From positions 1 through 58,780 of the forward strand of contig CAYGUI010000003.1 of NCBI GenBank assembly GCA_964353115.1: DNA of 58,780 nt. The letters are read 5' to 3'. Below are positions 1 through 9,837 of the stretch, piece after piece. How positions within the stretch are numbered: the first letter of the stretch is position 1; each line of letters opens with the position of its first letter. Position numbers and translations under genes: made by a program. The stretch is from an uncultured Gammaproteobacteria bacterium (GTDB taxonomy: Bacteria > Pseudomonadota > Gammaproteobacteria > JAGOUU01). The notes beneath the pieces are model-generated. The model made no database searches. It worked only from the letters and a program-made list of their open reading frames with translations, and was not told the origin of the DNA.

Positions 1-8
1 AAGAATTA

Positions 9-32
9 CGTCATTCCCGCGAAGGCGGGAAT
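9..32. repeat. REP-like palindrome (ATTCCC-N8-GGGAAT type), single copy
   Basis: CGTCATTCCCGCGAAGGCGGGAAT, identical to copies at 4151 and 58446. Confidence 0.9.
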
Positions 33-181
33 TTAGCAATAAATCTAAATGTTTTCGAAATAAAAAAATATAGCAGTAAAATTAAAAATAATTTAGGGCA
101 AAATTTAGCTTGGATCAATAAAAATGATTATAAAAATTATCAAATTTTGCCAGTTACTGTAGATATAATTAATGCCTATTT

Positions 182-997
182 TTAGTATGACGCTCTCTCT
201 GGCTCTGACGGACTGCTCTGTAAAAGTTTATCTTTAGCTTCTTGATCAGAAATTAACTGACCAGTATCTTTGAAAACTCTTTCTTGCTCTTTAGCAATAT
301 CAAACATTCTAAACGGTCTACTTTTGGCTTCTTGTATTATATGGTGGTGATTTGTTGCAAGGGTGTAATGTATGCCATGAATATTATGAGGTTCAAAATG
401 GTATTTTTTTAAAGCTGTAATTACTTTGTGGACATTTTCTTCTTTGTCATCAATAAAAATTACTTTTTGAAAAATAGTTTCTGGGGTCATTCTATTTGCA
501 GCAAATGCTAATTCTAAACATTGACCTTTATGTTTGCCATCGCAAAAAATAATACCTTGTTGTATTTTTATATTTAATGGATTACTGGAATCGCCAAATA
601 GCATATACTCTCCATCCTCTAAAAAATTTTGATCAAATACAATTCCAAGATCGGCAAGTCTTTTGGCAGTAGGTTCAGCAAGAGCAAAGCTTCGTGCGGT
701 TAGCGCAATAATTATTAGGTTATCGCCAAACTCTTCACGCCAACGAGCAAATAATCTAGGAGTACGCGGATCAATTAGATCAAAAGTAGTTATTTTTTGT
801 ACCTGTAAATATAATTCTAGAGTTCCTTCAAAATCACCCGTTTTAACAGCATGATCATAAAACCATTTGTCACGCCCAAGATGTTGAGTGGAATGTGTTA
901 ATACGTCATCTATATCAAAAATTAATAAATTTTTTGCATCTGACTCTAATTTATTATATATATCTGCTATATTTGGCGTGCTGTGCAATCCTTGCAT
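182..997 (-). CDS. HAD-superfamily protein, DUF2608-like
   Basis: LIFDIDD motif I, ALTAR motif II, KG and IFIDD motif IV. Confidence 0.7.
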   Translation of the reverse strand: MQGLHSTPNIADIYNKLESDAKNLLIFDIDDVLTHSTQHLGRDKWFYDHAVKTGDFEGTLELYLQVQKITTFDLIDPRTPRLFARWREEFGDNLIIIALTARSFALAEPTAKRLADLGIVFDQNFLEDGEYMLFGDSSNPLNIKIQQGIIFCDGKHKGQCLELAFAANRMTPETIFQKVIFIDDKEENVHKVITALKKYHFEPHNIHGIHYTLATNHHHIIQEAKSRPFRMFDIAKEQERVFKDTGQLISDQEAKDKLLQSSPSEPERASY

Positions 998-1005
998 AAA
1001 ATCCT

Positions 1006-1419
1006 CTAATTGTTTTTGACGTATTTCAGCCTACCAAATTTATTAATTATTAGACAATGTTTTTTATTAAAGATTATTTTCCCATTAGTGCTATTAGTAG
1101 TTCCATTGGGCAAAAATTCCAAATAATTATTTCTAAAAAATTTAAACTCTAGATTGTCATCAGGTTTTAATAATATTTTTTTATTAATATAAATTTTATT
1201 ATTATTTTTAATAATTATATTTTGCTTATCAGGAATGGCTGTTATAACCTGATTGGTTGCTATCGCATATTGCCTAGCAGTTGATATTGTATTTATTAAA
1301 TTATCAATAATAATTTTGTCATATATATTGTGATGATTTTGAAAAATATACTTAGGTGTTGATATTAATAGCAAAGCGCTTATTAAAATAACCAACTTAA
1401 TTTCAAATAAAATATTCAT
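1006..1419 (-). CDS. FimT/GspH-like minor pilin, degenerate N-terminus
   Basis: Hydrophobic N-terminal helix, ARQYAI, F..NG...NG and INKFGR ending typical of FimT; no G-F prepilin cleavage site. Confidence 0.6.
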   Translation of the reverse strand: MNILFEIKLVILISALLLISTPKYIFQNHHNIYDKIIIDNLINTISTARQYAIATNQVITAIPDKQNIIIKNNNKIYINKKILLKPDDNLEFKFFRNNYLEFLPNGTTNSTNGKIIFNKKHCLIINKFGRLKYVKNN

Positions 1420-1469
1420 AGTACCTGTAAATTTGCCAAAATTTATGCTTTAATTAAATAGTACTTTTT

Positions 1470-3020
1470 ATGATTTGCAGGGAAGCAAGAGTGAAATTCA
1501 ATAAATTATTAATTAGCTTTTTTTTATTAAATTCAACAGCCAATATTTTTGCTTGGCACCCAATTTCAGATAAAGGTCCTTTTGACTATATTTATCCAAA
1601 ATATCCAGAAATTAATTACTCTAATAGCCGTGAAGATCAATTGGCTAAAAAAGGCGAGTATTTATCAAAAGCCGGAGATTGTATAGCCTGTCATACTAAT
1701 ATGGCAGAAAAGGGTAAGCCTTTTGCTGGTGGTTTGCCAATAGTCTCCCCATTTGGAACTTTTTATACTCCAAATATAACCCCTGATAAAAAAACTGGTA
1801 TTGGTACTTGGACTGAGAAAGATTTTATTCGTGCGATGAAGCATGGAAAAATGCCAAGTGGTGCTAATTATTTCCCAGCTTTGCCATATGTATTTTTTTC
1901 AAAAGTATATGAAGAAGATATAAAAGCTATTTTTGCCTTTTTGAAAAAAGTTCCAGCTGTTGAGATGCAAAATAAAGAATATTCTTTTCCACTTAATGTA
2001 CCTGGTGCGAGACTTGGTATGTATGTTTGGAATTTTTTATTTTTTAAGGATACTGGCGATTATAAGTACGATGATACGCATACCAAAGGGTGGAACCGCG
2101 GTGCTTATTTAGTAGAAGGTCTTGGGCATTGCTCTATGTGTCATACGCCGCTTAATGTTTTAGGATCACCGAAAACTAAATATTATTTGACCGGTGGTTT
2201 TGTTGATGGTTACTGGGCGCCAAATATTACTCGTTGGGGGCTTAAAGGTAATAGTCAGTATGAAGTCGCAGAGGTTTTTGCTGATGGTAAGTTAATTAAT
2301 AAAGCTGGCCCTGTTGCAGGTCCTATGGCTGATGTTAATCATAATAGCCTTGGATATTTGACCAAAGAAGATCAAGAAGCAATCGCAACTTATTTAAAAA
2401 CAATAGTTAGTGAAGAGCCATTTCAACCAAATCTTCATGAAGCTCAAGCCCCATTAAAATTAGGTCGACAAGTATATATCAATGCTTGTGTTCATTGTCA
2501 TCAAGAAGGTGTTTTAGGGGCTCCAAGAATAACTGACGAAGGCAACTGGGTTGATAGGTTAAAGGCTGCTGGAAAACAATCTTTATATCGCAATGCAATT
2601 AATGGTTATAACCAAATGCCAGCTAAAGGTGCATGCGTAACTTGCTCTGATCAAGATATTAAAAAAGCAGTGGATTATATTTTACATGAAGCTTTGCCAC
2701 GTGATAAATGGCAGGCATTTGTTGATAATAAAAGCTTTGTTTTAAAGCCAAGTGACATTGATGGCAAAAAAATATATCAAAATAATTGTGCTCATTGTCA
2801 TAATAACGGCTCGGTAGGAGCGCCGAAATTTGGTGATAAAAAAGTATGGAACAGAATTACTGTCAAAAATTTTGACAAAATAATTTATGAAATTAGCTCT
2901 GGCAAAAATAACTCCCATCCAGTTGGCGGATGTAAGCATTGCACAACTGCTGAAGTAATAGCTGCTACTAAATATATAATGGATAACAGTACTGATGAGA
3001 AAAATTACGAATTATGGTAA
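1470..3020 (+). CDS. Multiheme cytochrome c (4 CxxCH)
   Basis: CIACH, CSMCH, CVHCH, CAHCH; signal peptide; likely start GTG 1491; overlaps coxB. Confidence 0.85.
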   Translation: MICREARVKFNKLLISFFLLNSTANIFAWHPISDKGPFDYIYPKYPEINYSNSREDQLAKKGEYLSKAGDCIACHTNMAEKGKPFAGGLPIVSPFGTFYTPNITPDKKTGIGTWTEKDFIRAMKHGKMPSGANYFPALPYVFFSKVYEEDIKAIFAFLKKVPAVEMQNKEYSFPLNVPGARLGMYVWNFLFFKDTGDYKYDDTHTKGWNRGAYLVEGLGHCSMCHTPLNVLGSPKTKYYLTGGFVDGYWAPNITRWGLKGNSQYEVAEVFADGKLINKAGPVAGPMADVNHNSLGYLTKEDQEAIATYLKTIVSEEPFQPNLHEAQAPLKLGRQVYINACVHCHQEGVLGAPRITDEGNWVDRLKAAGKQSLYRNAINGYNQMPAKGACVTCSDQDIKKAVDYILHEALPRDKWQAFVDNKSFVLKPSDIDGKKIYQNNCAHCHNNGSVGAPKFGDKKVWNRITVKNFDKIIYEISSGKNNSHPVGGCKHCTTAEVIAATKYIMDNSTDEKNYELW

Positions 3021-4125
3021 ATATGCGGCCATAGTACCGCTTTTATTATTGTCATCGTGTGGTAATAAAATAAACATGCCTTATGGTGTAACGCCAATTA
3101 GTCATGATATGTATGACTTGCATATGTTTATAATTTACGTGTGCATTGGTATTGCAATATTTGTTTATGGTCTAGCTTCTTATATTTTATTTTTTCATCG
3201 AAAATCACGTGGTGCTGTTGCCAGTAAAACTCATGGAAATACGTATTTAGAAATATTATGGACATTAATACCTGTAATTATTCTAATAATTATTGCTATC
3301 CCAGGAACTAAAGTTACCGCAAAAATTTTTAATGCAGATAAAGCTGATATAAATATAAAAATAACTGGTTATCAGTGGAAATGGCGTTATGAATATTTAG
3401 ATTATGATATCGATTTTTTCAGTAATCTTGCGACACCTCAAGATGAAATTTTAGGAAAAAAAGTAAAAGATAAATGGTACCTATTAGAGGTTGATGAGCC
3501 GATGGTTGTACCAATTCATAAAAAAATTAGATTTTTATTAACATCTAATGATGTTAACCATTCTTGGTGGGTGCCTGATCTTGGTGTAAAACAAGATGCA
3601 ATTCCAGGATTTATTAATGAAAAATGGGCATGGATTGAAACGCCTGGTATTTATCGTGGGCAATGCACCGAGCTTTGTGGTGTTTTTCATGGGTTTATGC
3701 CAGTTGTTGTTAAAGCTGTTCGTCAAGAAGAGTTCGATGCATGGGTAAAATCTCATACTAAGTCGCCACGTAATCAAGATACTGCAGCTACAGATGATAA
3801 ATTAGACTTCCCAACTATTATGGAACGTGGGAAAAAAGTTTATGACAAATATTGCGTTGCTTGTCATCAAGCTGATGGTAAAGGGATTCCACCATTATTT
3901 CCAGCACTTCGTGGTAGTTCGGTTGCAGTTGGCGAGCCAATATCACGTCATATAGATATTATATTGCACGGTGTTACTGGTAGTGCAATGCAGGCTTTTG
4001 CTGATCAAATGACTGATGACGAAATTGCTTATGTTGTTACCTATGAGCGTAATGCTTGGGAAAACAATACCGGGGATATTATTACTCCTGAAGAAGTGGC
4101 AAAAGGTAGGAGGGGAAGTGACTAA
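2995..4125 (+). CDS. coxB: Cytochrome c oxidase subunit II with C-terminal cytochrome c domain
   Basis: GYQWKWRYEY, DVNHSWW, CuA motif CTELCGVFHGFM, C-terminal CVACH. Confidence 0.95.
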   Translation: MRKITNYGKYAAIVPLLLLSSCGNKINMPYGVTPISHDMYDLHMFIIYVCIGIAIFVYGLASYILFFHRKSRGAVASKTHGNTYLEILWTLIPVIILIIIAIPGTKVTAKIFNADKADINIKITGYQWKWRYEYLDYDIDFFSNLATPQDEILGKKVKDKWYLLEVDEPMVVPIHKKIRFLLTSNDVNHSWWVPDLGVKQDAIPGFINEKWAWIETPGIYRGQCTELCGVFHGFMPVVVKAVRQEEFDAWVKSHTKSPRNQDTAATDDKLDFPTIMERGKKVYDKYCVACHQADGKGIPPLFPALRGSSVAVGEPISRHIDIILHGVTGSAMQAFADQMTDDEIAYVVTYERNAWENNTGDIITPEEVAKGRRGSD

Positions 4126-4150
4126 TTTTAGTTCTTTTAGCGAGAACTTC

Positions 4151-4217
4151 CGTCATTCCCGCGAAGGCGGGAATCCATTTTTTATAAGACTAGATTCCCG
4201 CCTTCGCGGGAATGACG
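4151..4217. repeat. Inverted pair of REP-like palindromes between coxB and coxA
   Basis: CGTCATTCCCGCGAAGGCGGGAATC ... GATTCCCGCCTTCGCGGGAATGACG. Confidence 0.9.
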
Positions 4218-4271
4218 AAATCTTTTGTGGGAATAACGAAAATATTAAATTATTTATGGAGAGCATCATTC

Positions 4272-5822
4272 ATGCTACAAGTAATTAAACATTATCTTGG
4301 TACAACTAATCATAAAGATATAGGAAATTTATATTTATGGACCGCTGCAATTGCTTTATTAATTGGCGGAGCCATGGCTTTATTGATTAGAATTGAATTA
4401 GTTCAGCCAGGCAGAGTATTGCTTGATCCTAATTTTTATAACCAGATGATCACTTTGCATGGCCTAATAATGGTTTTTGCGGTTGTTATGCCGGCATTTG
4501 TTGGTTTTGCTAATTGGCAAGTACCTCTTATGATTGGTGCTCCTGATATGGCGCTTCCAAGATTAAATAATTTTAGCTTTTGGATTTTGCCATGCGCAAT
4601 ACTAATGCTTATTAGTACTTTATTTATGGATGGGGGCGCACCAAACTTTGGCTGGACTTTTTATGCCCCGCTATCTACAACATACGCACCGCCAAGCACA
4701 GATTTTTTTATTTTTTCTGTACACATGTTGGGTATTTCTTCAATTGCGGGATCAATAAATATAATTGTAACTATTTTTAATTTACGTGCACCAGGCATGC
4801 GTTTATTGGATATGCCTTTATTTTGCTGGACTTGGTTAATTACGGCTTTCTTATTAATTATTGTAATGCCAGTTTTAGCGGGATGCGTCACAATGATGTT
4901 AACAGATCGTAATTTTGGCACATCTTTTTATGATGCTGCTGGTGGTGGTGATCCGTTATTATTTCAGCATTTATTTTGGTTTTTTGGTCATCCGGAAGTT
5001 TATATTTTAGTTTTACCAGCATTTGGTATTATTTCAGAAATTATTCCAACTTTTAGTCGTAAGCCAATATTTGGTTATGGTTCAATGATTATTGCGATTG
5101 GATGTATCGCATTGGTTTCGATGTTTGTATGGGCGCATCACATGTTTACGGCAGGTATGCCGCTTAATGGTGAATTATTTTTCATGTATACCACAATGGT
5201 TGTTGCAGTTCCCACGGGAATTAAAGTTTTTAACTGGCTTGCGACAATGTTTCGTGGATCGCTTACATTTGAAACTCCAATGTTATTTGCTGTTGCTTTT
5301 GTTTTAATGTTTACCTTTGGCGGATTTACTGGAGTGATGCTCTCTGTTGCGGCAGTTGATTTTCAATATCAAGATACATATTTTGTTGTTGCACATTTTC
5401 ACTATGTATTAGTTGCTGGAGTATTATTCGCTATTTTAGGCGGAATTTATTACTGGTTTCCTAAATGGAGCGGAAAGATGTATAGCGAAAAATTAGGTAG
5501 ATGGCATTTTTGGCTGTCATTAATTTCAGTTAATATAACTTTTTTTCCAATGCATTTCTTAGGTCTAACTGGCATGCCGCGTCGAATACCGGATTATAAT
5601 TTACAATTTACTGATTTTAATGTTCTAGCTACTATTGGGTCATTTGTTTTTGGGTTTGCACAATTAATTATTTTTTATAATATTATTCACTCTATATTTA
5701 AAGGTGAAAAAGCATCAGATAAGGTATGGGAAGGAGCCCATGGGTTAGAGTGGACATTACCATCTCCAGCTCCATATCATAGTTTTTCAACACCACCAAA
5801 ATTTAAACCACAAGAATATTAG
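4272..5822 (+). CDS. coxA: Cytochrome c oxidase subunit I (A1 type)
   Basis: TTNHKDIG, GHPEVY, WAHH, HFH, MPRR; start moved to ATG 4272 (GGAG upstream) because ATG 4212 lies inside the REP. Confidence 0.97.
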   Translation: MLQVIKHYLGTTNHKDIGNLYLWTAAIALLIGGAMALLIRIELVQPGRVLLDPNFYNQMITLHGLIMVFAVVMPAFVGFANWQVPLMIGAPDMALPRLNNFSFWILPCAILMLISTLFMDGGAPNFGWTFYAPLSTTYAPPSTDFFIFSVHMLGISSIAGSINIIVTIFNLRAPGMRLLDMPLFCWTWLITAFLLIIVMPVLAGCVTMMLTDRNFGTSFYDAAGGGDPLLFQHLFWFFGHPEVYILVLPAFGIISEIIPTFSRKPIFGYGSMIIAIGCIALVSMFVWAHHMFTAGMPLNGELFFMYTTMVVAVPTGIKVFNWLATMFRGSLTFETPMLFAVAFVLMFTFGGFTGVMLSVAAVDFQYQDTYFVVAHFHYVLVAGVLFAILGGIYYWFPKWSGKMYSEKLGRWHFWLSLISVNITFFPMHFLGLTGMPRRIPDYNLQFTDFNVLATIGSFVFGFAQLIIFYNIIHSIFKGEKASDKVWEGAHGLEWTLPSPAPYHSFSTPPKFKPQEY

Positions 5823-5829
5823 GATAATC

Positions 5830-6702
5830 ATGGCAACAGGAAATTATTACGTACCACATCAAAGTTATTGGCCTTCATTATGTTGTTTGGGGATCGTATT
5901 GTCATTAGCTGGTTTTGCTAATTGGCTGCATGTTGATTGGTATGGAGCACATGTATTTTTTATTGGTGCGAGTATTTTAGTAACATCATTATTTTTTTGG
6001 TTTCGGGAAGTTATTACAGAAGGGCGTCAGGACTTATTTAGCCATCAGGTTGAGCATAGTTTTAAATTGGGAATGTTATGGTTTATTTTTTCTGAAGTTT
6101 GTTTTTTTGGAACATTCTTTGGAACCCTAGCTTTTATAAGATTATATGTTATCACTTCGTTAGGCGGTGAAGGAGCGCATGATCCGTTAACGCATTATAT
6201 AGAATGGCCAAATTTTGTCGCAAATTGGCCACTGCTTAAAAATCCTGATAATGCTAAATTTCTTGGTGCTTATCGTGGAGAGGGGCCTTGGGGATTGGCA
6301 TTAATTAACACAGCTATATTATTAACAAGTAGTATTACTGTTACGATTGCGCACTGGGGTCTTAATCTTGGTAAGCGCAAAGTTTTAATTGGCGGCTTAA
6401 TTGCGACTGTTTTACTTGGGATATTATTCTTATTTTTGCAGGCCAAAGAGTATCATGAGGCTTATACTCAGTTTAATTTGACTCTAAGATCAGGGATTTA
6501 CGGCGCTACGTTTTTTATGATGACTGGATTTCACGGTGCGCACGTTACACTTGGGACTTTTATGTTGCTGATTATCACTATCAGGGCCATGGCCGGCCAC
6601 TTTTCTCCAGATAAGCAATTTGGATTTGAAGCAGCGGCCTGGTATTGGCACTTTGTTGACGTTGTTTGGTTGTTCTTATTTATTTTTGTTTATTGGTTAT
6701 AG
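5830..6702 (+). CDS. coxC: Cytochrome c oxidase subunit III
   Basis: FIFSEV, TGFHGAHV, AAAWYWHFVDVVWLFLF. Confidence 0.95.
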   Translation: MATGNYYVPHQSYWPSLCCLGIVLSLAGFANWLHVDWYGAHVFFIGASILVTSLFFWFREVITEGRQDLFSHQVEHSFKLGMLWFIFSEVCFFGTFFGTLAFIRLYVITSLGGEGAHDPLTHYIEWPNFVANWPLLKNPDNAKFLGAYRGEGPWGLALINTAILLTSSITVTIAHWGLNLGKRKVLIGGLIATVLLGILFLFLQAKEYHEAYTQFNLTLRSGIYGATFFMMTGFHGAHVTLGTFMLLIITIRAMAGHFSPDKQFGFEAAAWYWHFVDVVWLFLFIFVYWL

Positions 6703-6900
6703 TAAACCATGCGGTTGAATTAGATTAAGAAAATAGCTGACAACTAGTCCAAATAAGAGCATTACCGATAATAAAATACGCAAACTTAACGCTTTAGTAG
6801 CCTTGAGATTCTTATTGTTTTTAGTGATTTGAGAGATGCTGTAGGCCATTAGAGCAATAATTCCAAGCATCATAGTTAAAGAATATAACTTAATAATCAT
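6697..6900 (-). CDS. Small two-TM protein (DUF2909-like)
   Basis: KALSLRILLSV..., C-terminal IQPH, convergent on coxC as commonly seen; start moved to ATG 6900 (AAGG upstream). Confidence 0.65.
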   Translation of the reverse strand: MIIKLYSLTMMLGIIALMAYSISQITKNNKNLKATKALSLRILLSVMLLFGLVVSYFLNLIQPHGLL

Positions 6901-6955
6901 ATATTTCATCCTTGTTGTTAATACAAATAAATTATAACATTTTTTAAAAATATTG

Positions 6956-6984
6956 TTGACAGCCATATATTATCTCTATAGAAT
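6956..6984 (+). promoter_or_regulatory. Sigma70 promoter of the tRNA operon
   Basis: TTGACA-N17-TAGAAT, 16 bp before tRNA-Ala. Confidence 0.8.
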
Positions 6985-7000
6985 TATGCACATAGCTTTC

Positions 7001-7073
<73 letters not shown>

Positions 7074-7100
7074 CAGTACTGAGGCTGGCATATCAAATAT

Positions 7101-7176
7101 GTCCCCATCGTCTAGAGGCCTAGGACATCGCCCTTTCACGGCGGCAACAGGGGTTCGAATCCCCTTGGGGACGCCA
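7101..7176 (+). tRNA. tRNA-Glu(TTC)
   Basis: GTCCCC/GGGGAC acceptor stem, CTTTCAC anticodon loop, GTTCGAA, encoded CCA. Confidence 0.97.
7129..7176 (+). repeat. attL core (48-bp direct repeat)
   Basis: Identical to 41580-41627. Confidence 0.95.
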
Positions 7177-7243
7177 TTTTTCTTTATTAAAATCAAGAAG
7201 ATGGCGTTTGCAGCTCAAGTCTCTTAAATTTTCGTTCATTTTA

Positions 7244-7260
7244 GGGTGCAAATGGGGTGC
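7244..7260 (+). promoter_or_regulatory. Putative integrase arm-type site (left)
   Basis: GGGTGCAAATGGGGTGC; 16/17 match to 41438-41454. Confidence 0.65.
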
Positions 7261-7341
7261 ATTTTTTTGAATATAATTTAAATCTAATGCTATTTAATCA
7301 TTATCTGATATAATTTTATCAAACATCACAAGGTAGTTAGG

Positions 7342-8031
7342 ATGCATGATAAGGACGTAACCAAAATTATTTTTCTTTCAATGTTATTGGCTTTTATCGT
7401 CAATACTTCGTGTTTTGCAGGAAGTAAATTATTTCAGCTTGGTCATTTGTACATATCGGCAGGTTCTTTTATCCATCCGCTATCGTATTTAATAGTTTCG
7501 CTTGTCACTATTGGCTATGGTATTAATTTTGCTAAAAAAATAATATTATTTTCTAGTTTATTTAATTTAGGTTCAGCGTTATTTCTTGTCATTATGTCGC
7601 ATGTTTCAGGTGCTGAAATATTTAATGTACAAAATAATAATTATGATCAGGTAATGGGAGTGACTGGTTCAATACTAATATTTTCTTCTATAGCCTATTA
7701 TTGTTCTGAAATGCTCAATGCCAAGTTATTAAATTATTTTAGTTCGCGATTATTTTCATCAAATTCATTTTTGATCGCTTTACTTTCAACATCTGCAGCA
7801 ATTATTTTGGATACGTTATTTATGATTCCTGTGATGGCCAAAAGTGCGCAATATAATTTTTATATAATATTGTATAAAGTTTTATCACTAATAATAATAA
7901 AAATATGCTTTGAGGCATTAATACTAACTCTATTACCATCTTGCCTTAATTTCATACGTAAGGATGATGTATTATTAAATAGTTCACAAAGAATTAGTTC
8001 GATAAAATATCAGGAGTTGCTTAATGATTAG
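7342..8031 (+). CDS. VUT/YhhQ (queuosine-precursor transporter) family membrane protein
   Basis: Multi-TM; AG.F.HP.SYL......YG...A, SSIAY..SE..N, ST..A..LDT patterns. Confidence 0.75.
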   Translation: MHDKDVTKIIFLSMLLAFIVNTSCFAGSKLFQLGHLYISAGSFIHPLSYLIVSLVTIGYGINFAKKIILFSSLFNLGSALFLVIMSHVSGAEIFNVQNNNYDQVMGVTGSILIFSSIAYYCSEMLNAKLLNYFSSRLFSSNSFLIALLSTSAAIILDTLFMIPVMAKSAQYNFYIILYKVLSLIIIKICFEALILTLLPSCLNFIRKDDVLLNSSQRISSIKYQELLND

Positions 8032-8740
8032 TGCAGTAGAGCGGGGCGCAAAATACTTTAGTTCAATACAAAATTTCCCGCGTGGTACAGGGCGTATTGC
8101 ATTTACTAATCTTAAAGAATTATTATTGCCGCGAGTTTCTGGTAAACAAGCTTTAGATTTTGGTTGTGGGGCAGGGCGTTCAAGTGCAATCTTAAAAGCA
8201 TTAGGGTTTGATGTTTTAGGTGTTGATATTGATCTAAACTCAGTAAAGCTTGCGAAGGAGTCTGATCCTCTTGGTAGTTATATTAATACAGAAGATTTTT
8301 TCAAAGATCACCAAAAAGATAAGTTTGATTTTATATTTTTATCATTTGTCTTAATGGAGCTTAAGGGTAAAGAGCAAATTTCAGATTTATTAAACAGCCT
8401 TATACCTTTTATGCATTCAAAAACACTCGTTTGTGTGATATGTACATCAGAATATTTTTACCAAGGAACATGGGTGAACTGTGATGTACAGCATGATGAA
8501 AATAGAAATTTAAAATCTGGAGATTTAGCTAAAGTTCATTTACCACAGTACGATGCGATAATTCATGACTATTTTTGGCGCGATAAGGATTATAAAGAAT
8601 GTTTTGCAGTATCTGGTTTAAATCTAGAGTTAGAGTCTCGCCCACTTGCAGATATGCAGTCAGATCCATTAAATTGGAAAGATGAGATAACAAAAGCACC
8701 ATTTGTACAATATTTATTAAGACCACATGCAACTATTTAA
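8024..8740 (+). CDS. Class I SAM-dependent methyltransferase
   Basis: ALDFGCGAG motif I, GVD, FDFI. Confidence 0.85.
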   Translation: MISAVERGAKYFSSIQNFPRGTGRIAFTNLKELLLPRVSGKQALDFGCGAGRSSAILKALGFDVLGVDIDLNSVKLAKESDPLGSYINTEDFFKDHQKDKFDFIFLSFVLMELKGKEQISDLLNSLIPFMHSKTLVCVICTSEYFYQGTWVNCDVQHDENRNLKSGDLAKVHLPQYDAIIHDYFWRDKDYKECFAVSGLNLELESRPLADMQSDPLNWKDEITKAPFVQYLLRPHATI

Positions 8741-9179
8741 GCGTAAAAAATATAGCGCTAAATTTATTGTAGAAATTATTGATTTTAATAAATCATTGTT
8801 CAGAGTTCAGACATTGTATAGCCGTGCACATGCTGACAAGATGTTGTTAGATAATGTGTTAAATAATAATTTTTTGTTAAATAATATTTTGCCAGAGCAA
8901 AGTTGTGTTGTGGGTATTTTAGCTGGTTTTAAGCGTAAGTATTTGTCTGAAAATTTGGAATTTTTTGATAAAGTTTCTGGTGTCCGCGAATATAGCCTAT
9001 TTCGATCAAATGTTGTTTATATTTTAGAGACAGAATTAGAGTTAGAAGATCTTTGTACCACACGAAAATTGATTAATCAATTACACCCTGTGGCGGCATT
9101 ATATTTAGGATTTGAGTTTGGTCGTAGCTTACTTAGAAAAAAGACTAATAATATTATTCCTTTTTTACGTATTATTTAA
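8727..9179 (+). CDS. Hypothetical protein with internal duplication
   Basis: Overlaps the methyltransferase; LLNNILPEQSCVVG and LINQLHPVAALYLG look like a repeated unit. Confidence 0.6.
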   Translation: MQLFKRKKYSAKFIVEIIDFNKSLFRVQTLYSRAHADKMLLDNVLNNNFLLNNILPEQSCVVGILAGFKRKYLSENLEFFDKVSGVREYSLFRSNVVYILETELELEDLCTTRKLINQLHPVAALYLGFEFGRSLLRKKTNNIIPFLRII

Positions 9180-9837
9180 CAATCTGCATTATCATTGTCC
9201 CAATAATAGTCATTTTATCTGATTCAAAACTAACGGCACCAGTCTCAGATGCAATAGGCTGCAAAATAGGTTGTGGATTATCAATTAAAAATTCGCGCAA
9301 AGAAAATCCATTATCAAATTTAACCAATACAGTATCTCCATCGCGAGGATGCACGGTATTATCAATAATTAATAAACACCCGTGTTTAAATCTTTTACCA
9401 AGTGCAGTACCAGTTTGAATAGCAATAGATTTATTTGAAATTGAAGTATGTTTACCGCTGTATACAGCTTGCCATTTGTGCCAATTATCTGGCGATAGAT
9501 CATCTAAGTTTCCTATATTGTTTAATTCTTCCAGTAAAAAAATTGGAACACTGATTAAGGCCGCGTTTGTGGTTTTTTGATTCGTGTTATCTGTTAAATG
9601 CTGGGTTAATAAATCATCAGTTGTAACATTAAAGTGCTGCGCTAAAAGGCAGAGTAGTGATGTTCGGCATTCTGTATCTCCGTTTACAATGCGTGAGAGC
9701 GTCATAAAAGGAATTTCTAAAACTTTAGATAATTTATTTACAGTTAAATTATTTTTCTGCAATAAATATTTCAGATTATTTGTAAACGTATTTTGTTCGG
9801 CAGTAGCTTGTTGCTGGTTTAAAATTTTAATCACCAC
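9172..9837 (-). CDS. XRE HTH + S24-like regulator
   Basis: N-terminal HTH_3 (NLKYLL...LSRIVNG); C-terminal LexA/CI-like fold lacking catalytic Ser/Lys. Confidence 0.8.
   Translation of the reverse strand: MVIKILNQQQATAEQNTFTNNLKYLLQKNNLTVNKLSKVLEIPFMTLSRIVNGDTECRTSLLCLLAQHFNVTTDDLLTQHLTDNTNQKTTNAALISVPIFLLEELNNIGNLDDLSPDNWHKWQAVYSGKHTSISNKSIAIQTGTALGKRFKHGCLLIIDNTVHPRDGDTVLVKFDNGFSLREFLIDNPQPILQPIASETGAVSFESDKMTIIGTMIMQIVK

Noticed and set aside
4016-4288. 90-aa ORF and the 20-aa N-terminal extension of CoxA
   Set aside because: Both arise from reading through the REP pair; ATG 4212 is inside the repeat
7177-7341. preQ1 riboswitch upstream of the VUT gene
   Set aside because: No recognisable P1 stem with the GTTC loop and A-rich tail
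8024-8740. DNA methyltransferase of a restriction-modification system
   Set aside because: No DPPY/NPPY or PC motif and no nuclease partner; looks like a small-molecule methyltransferase
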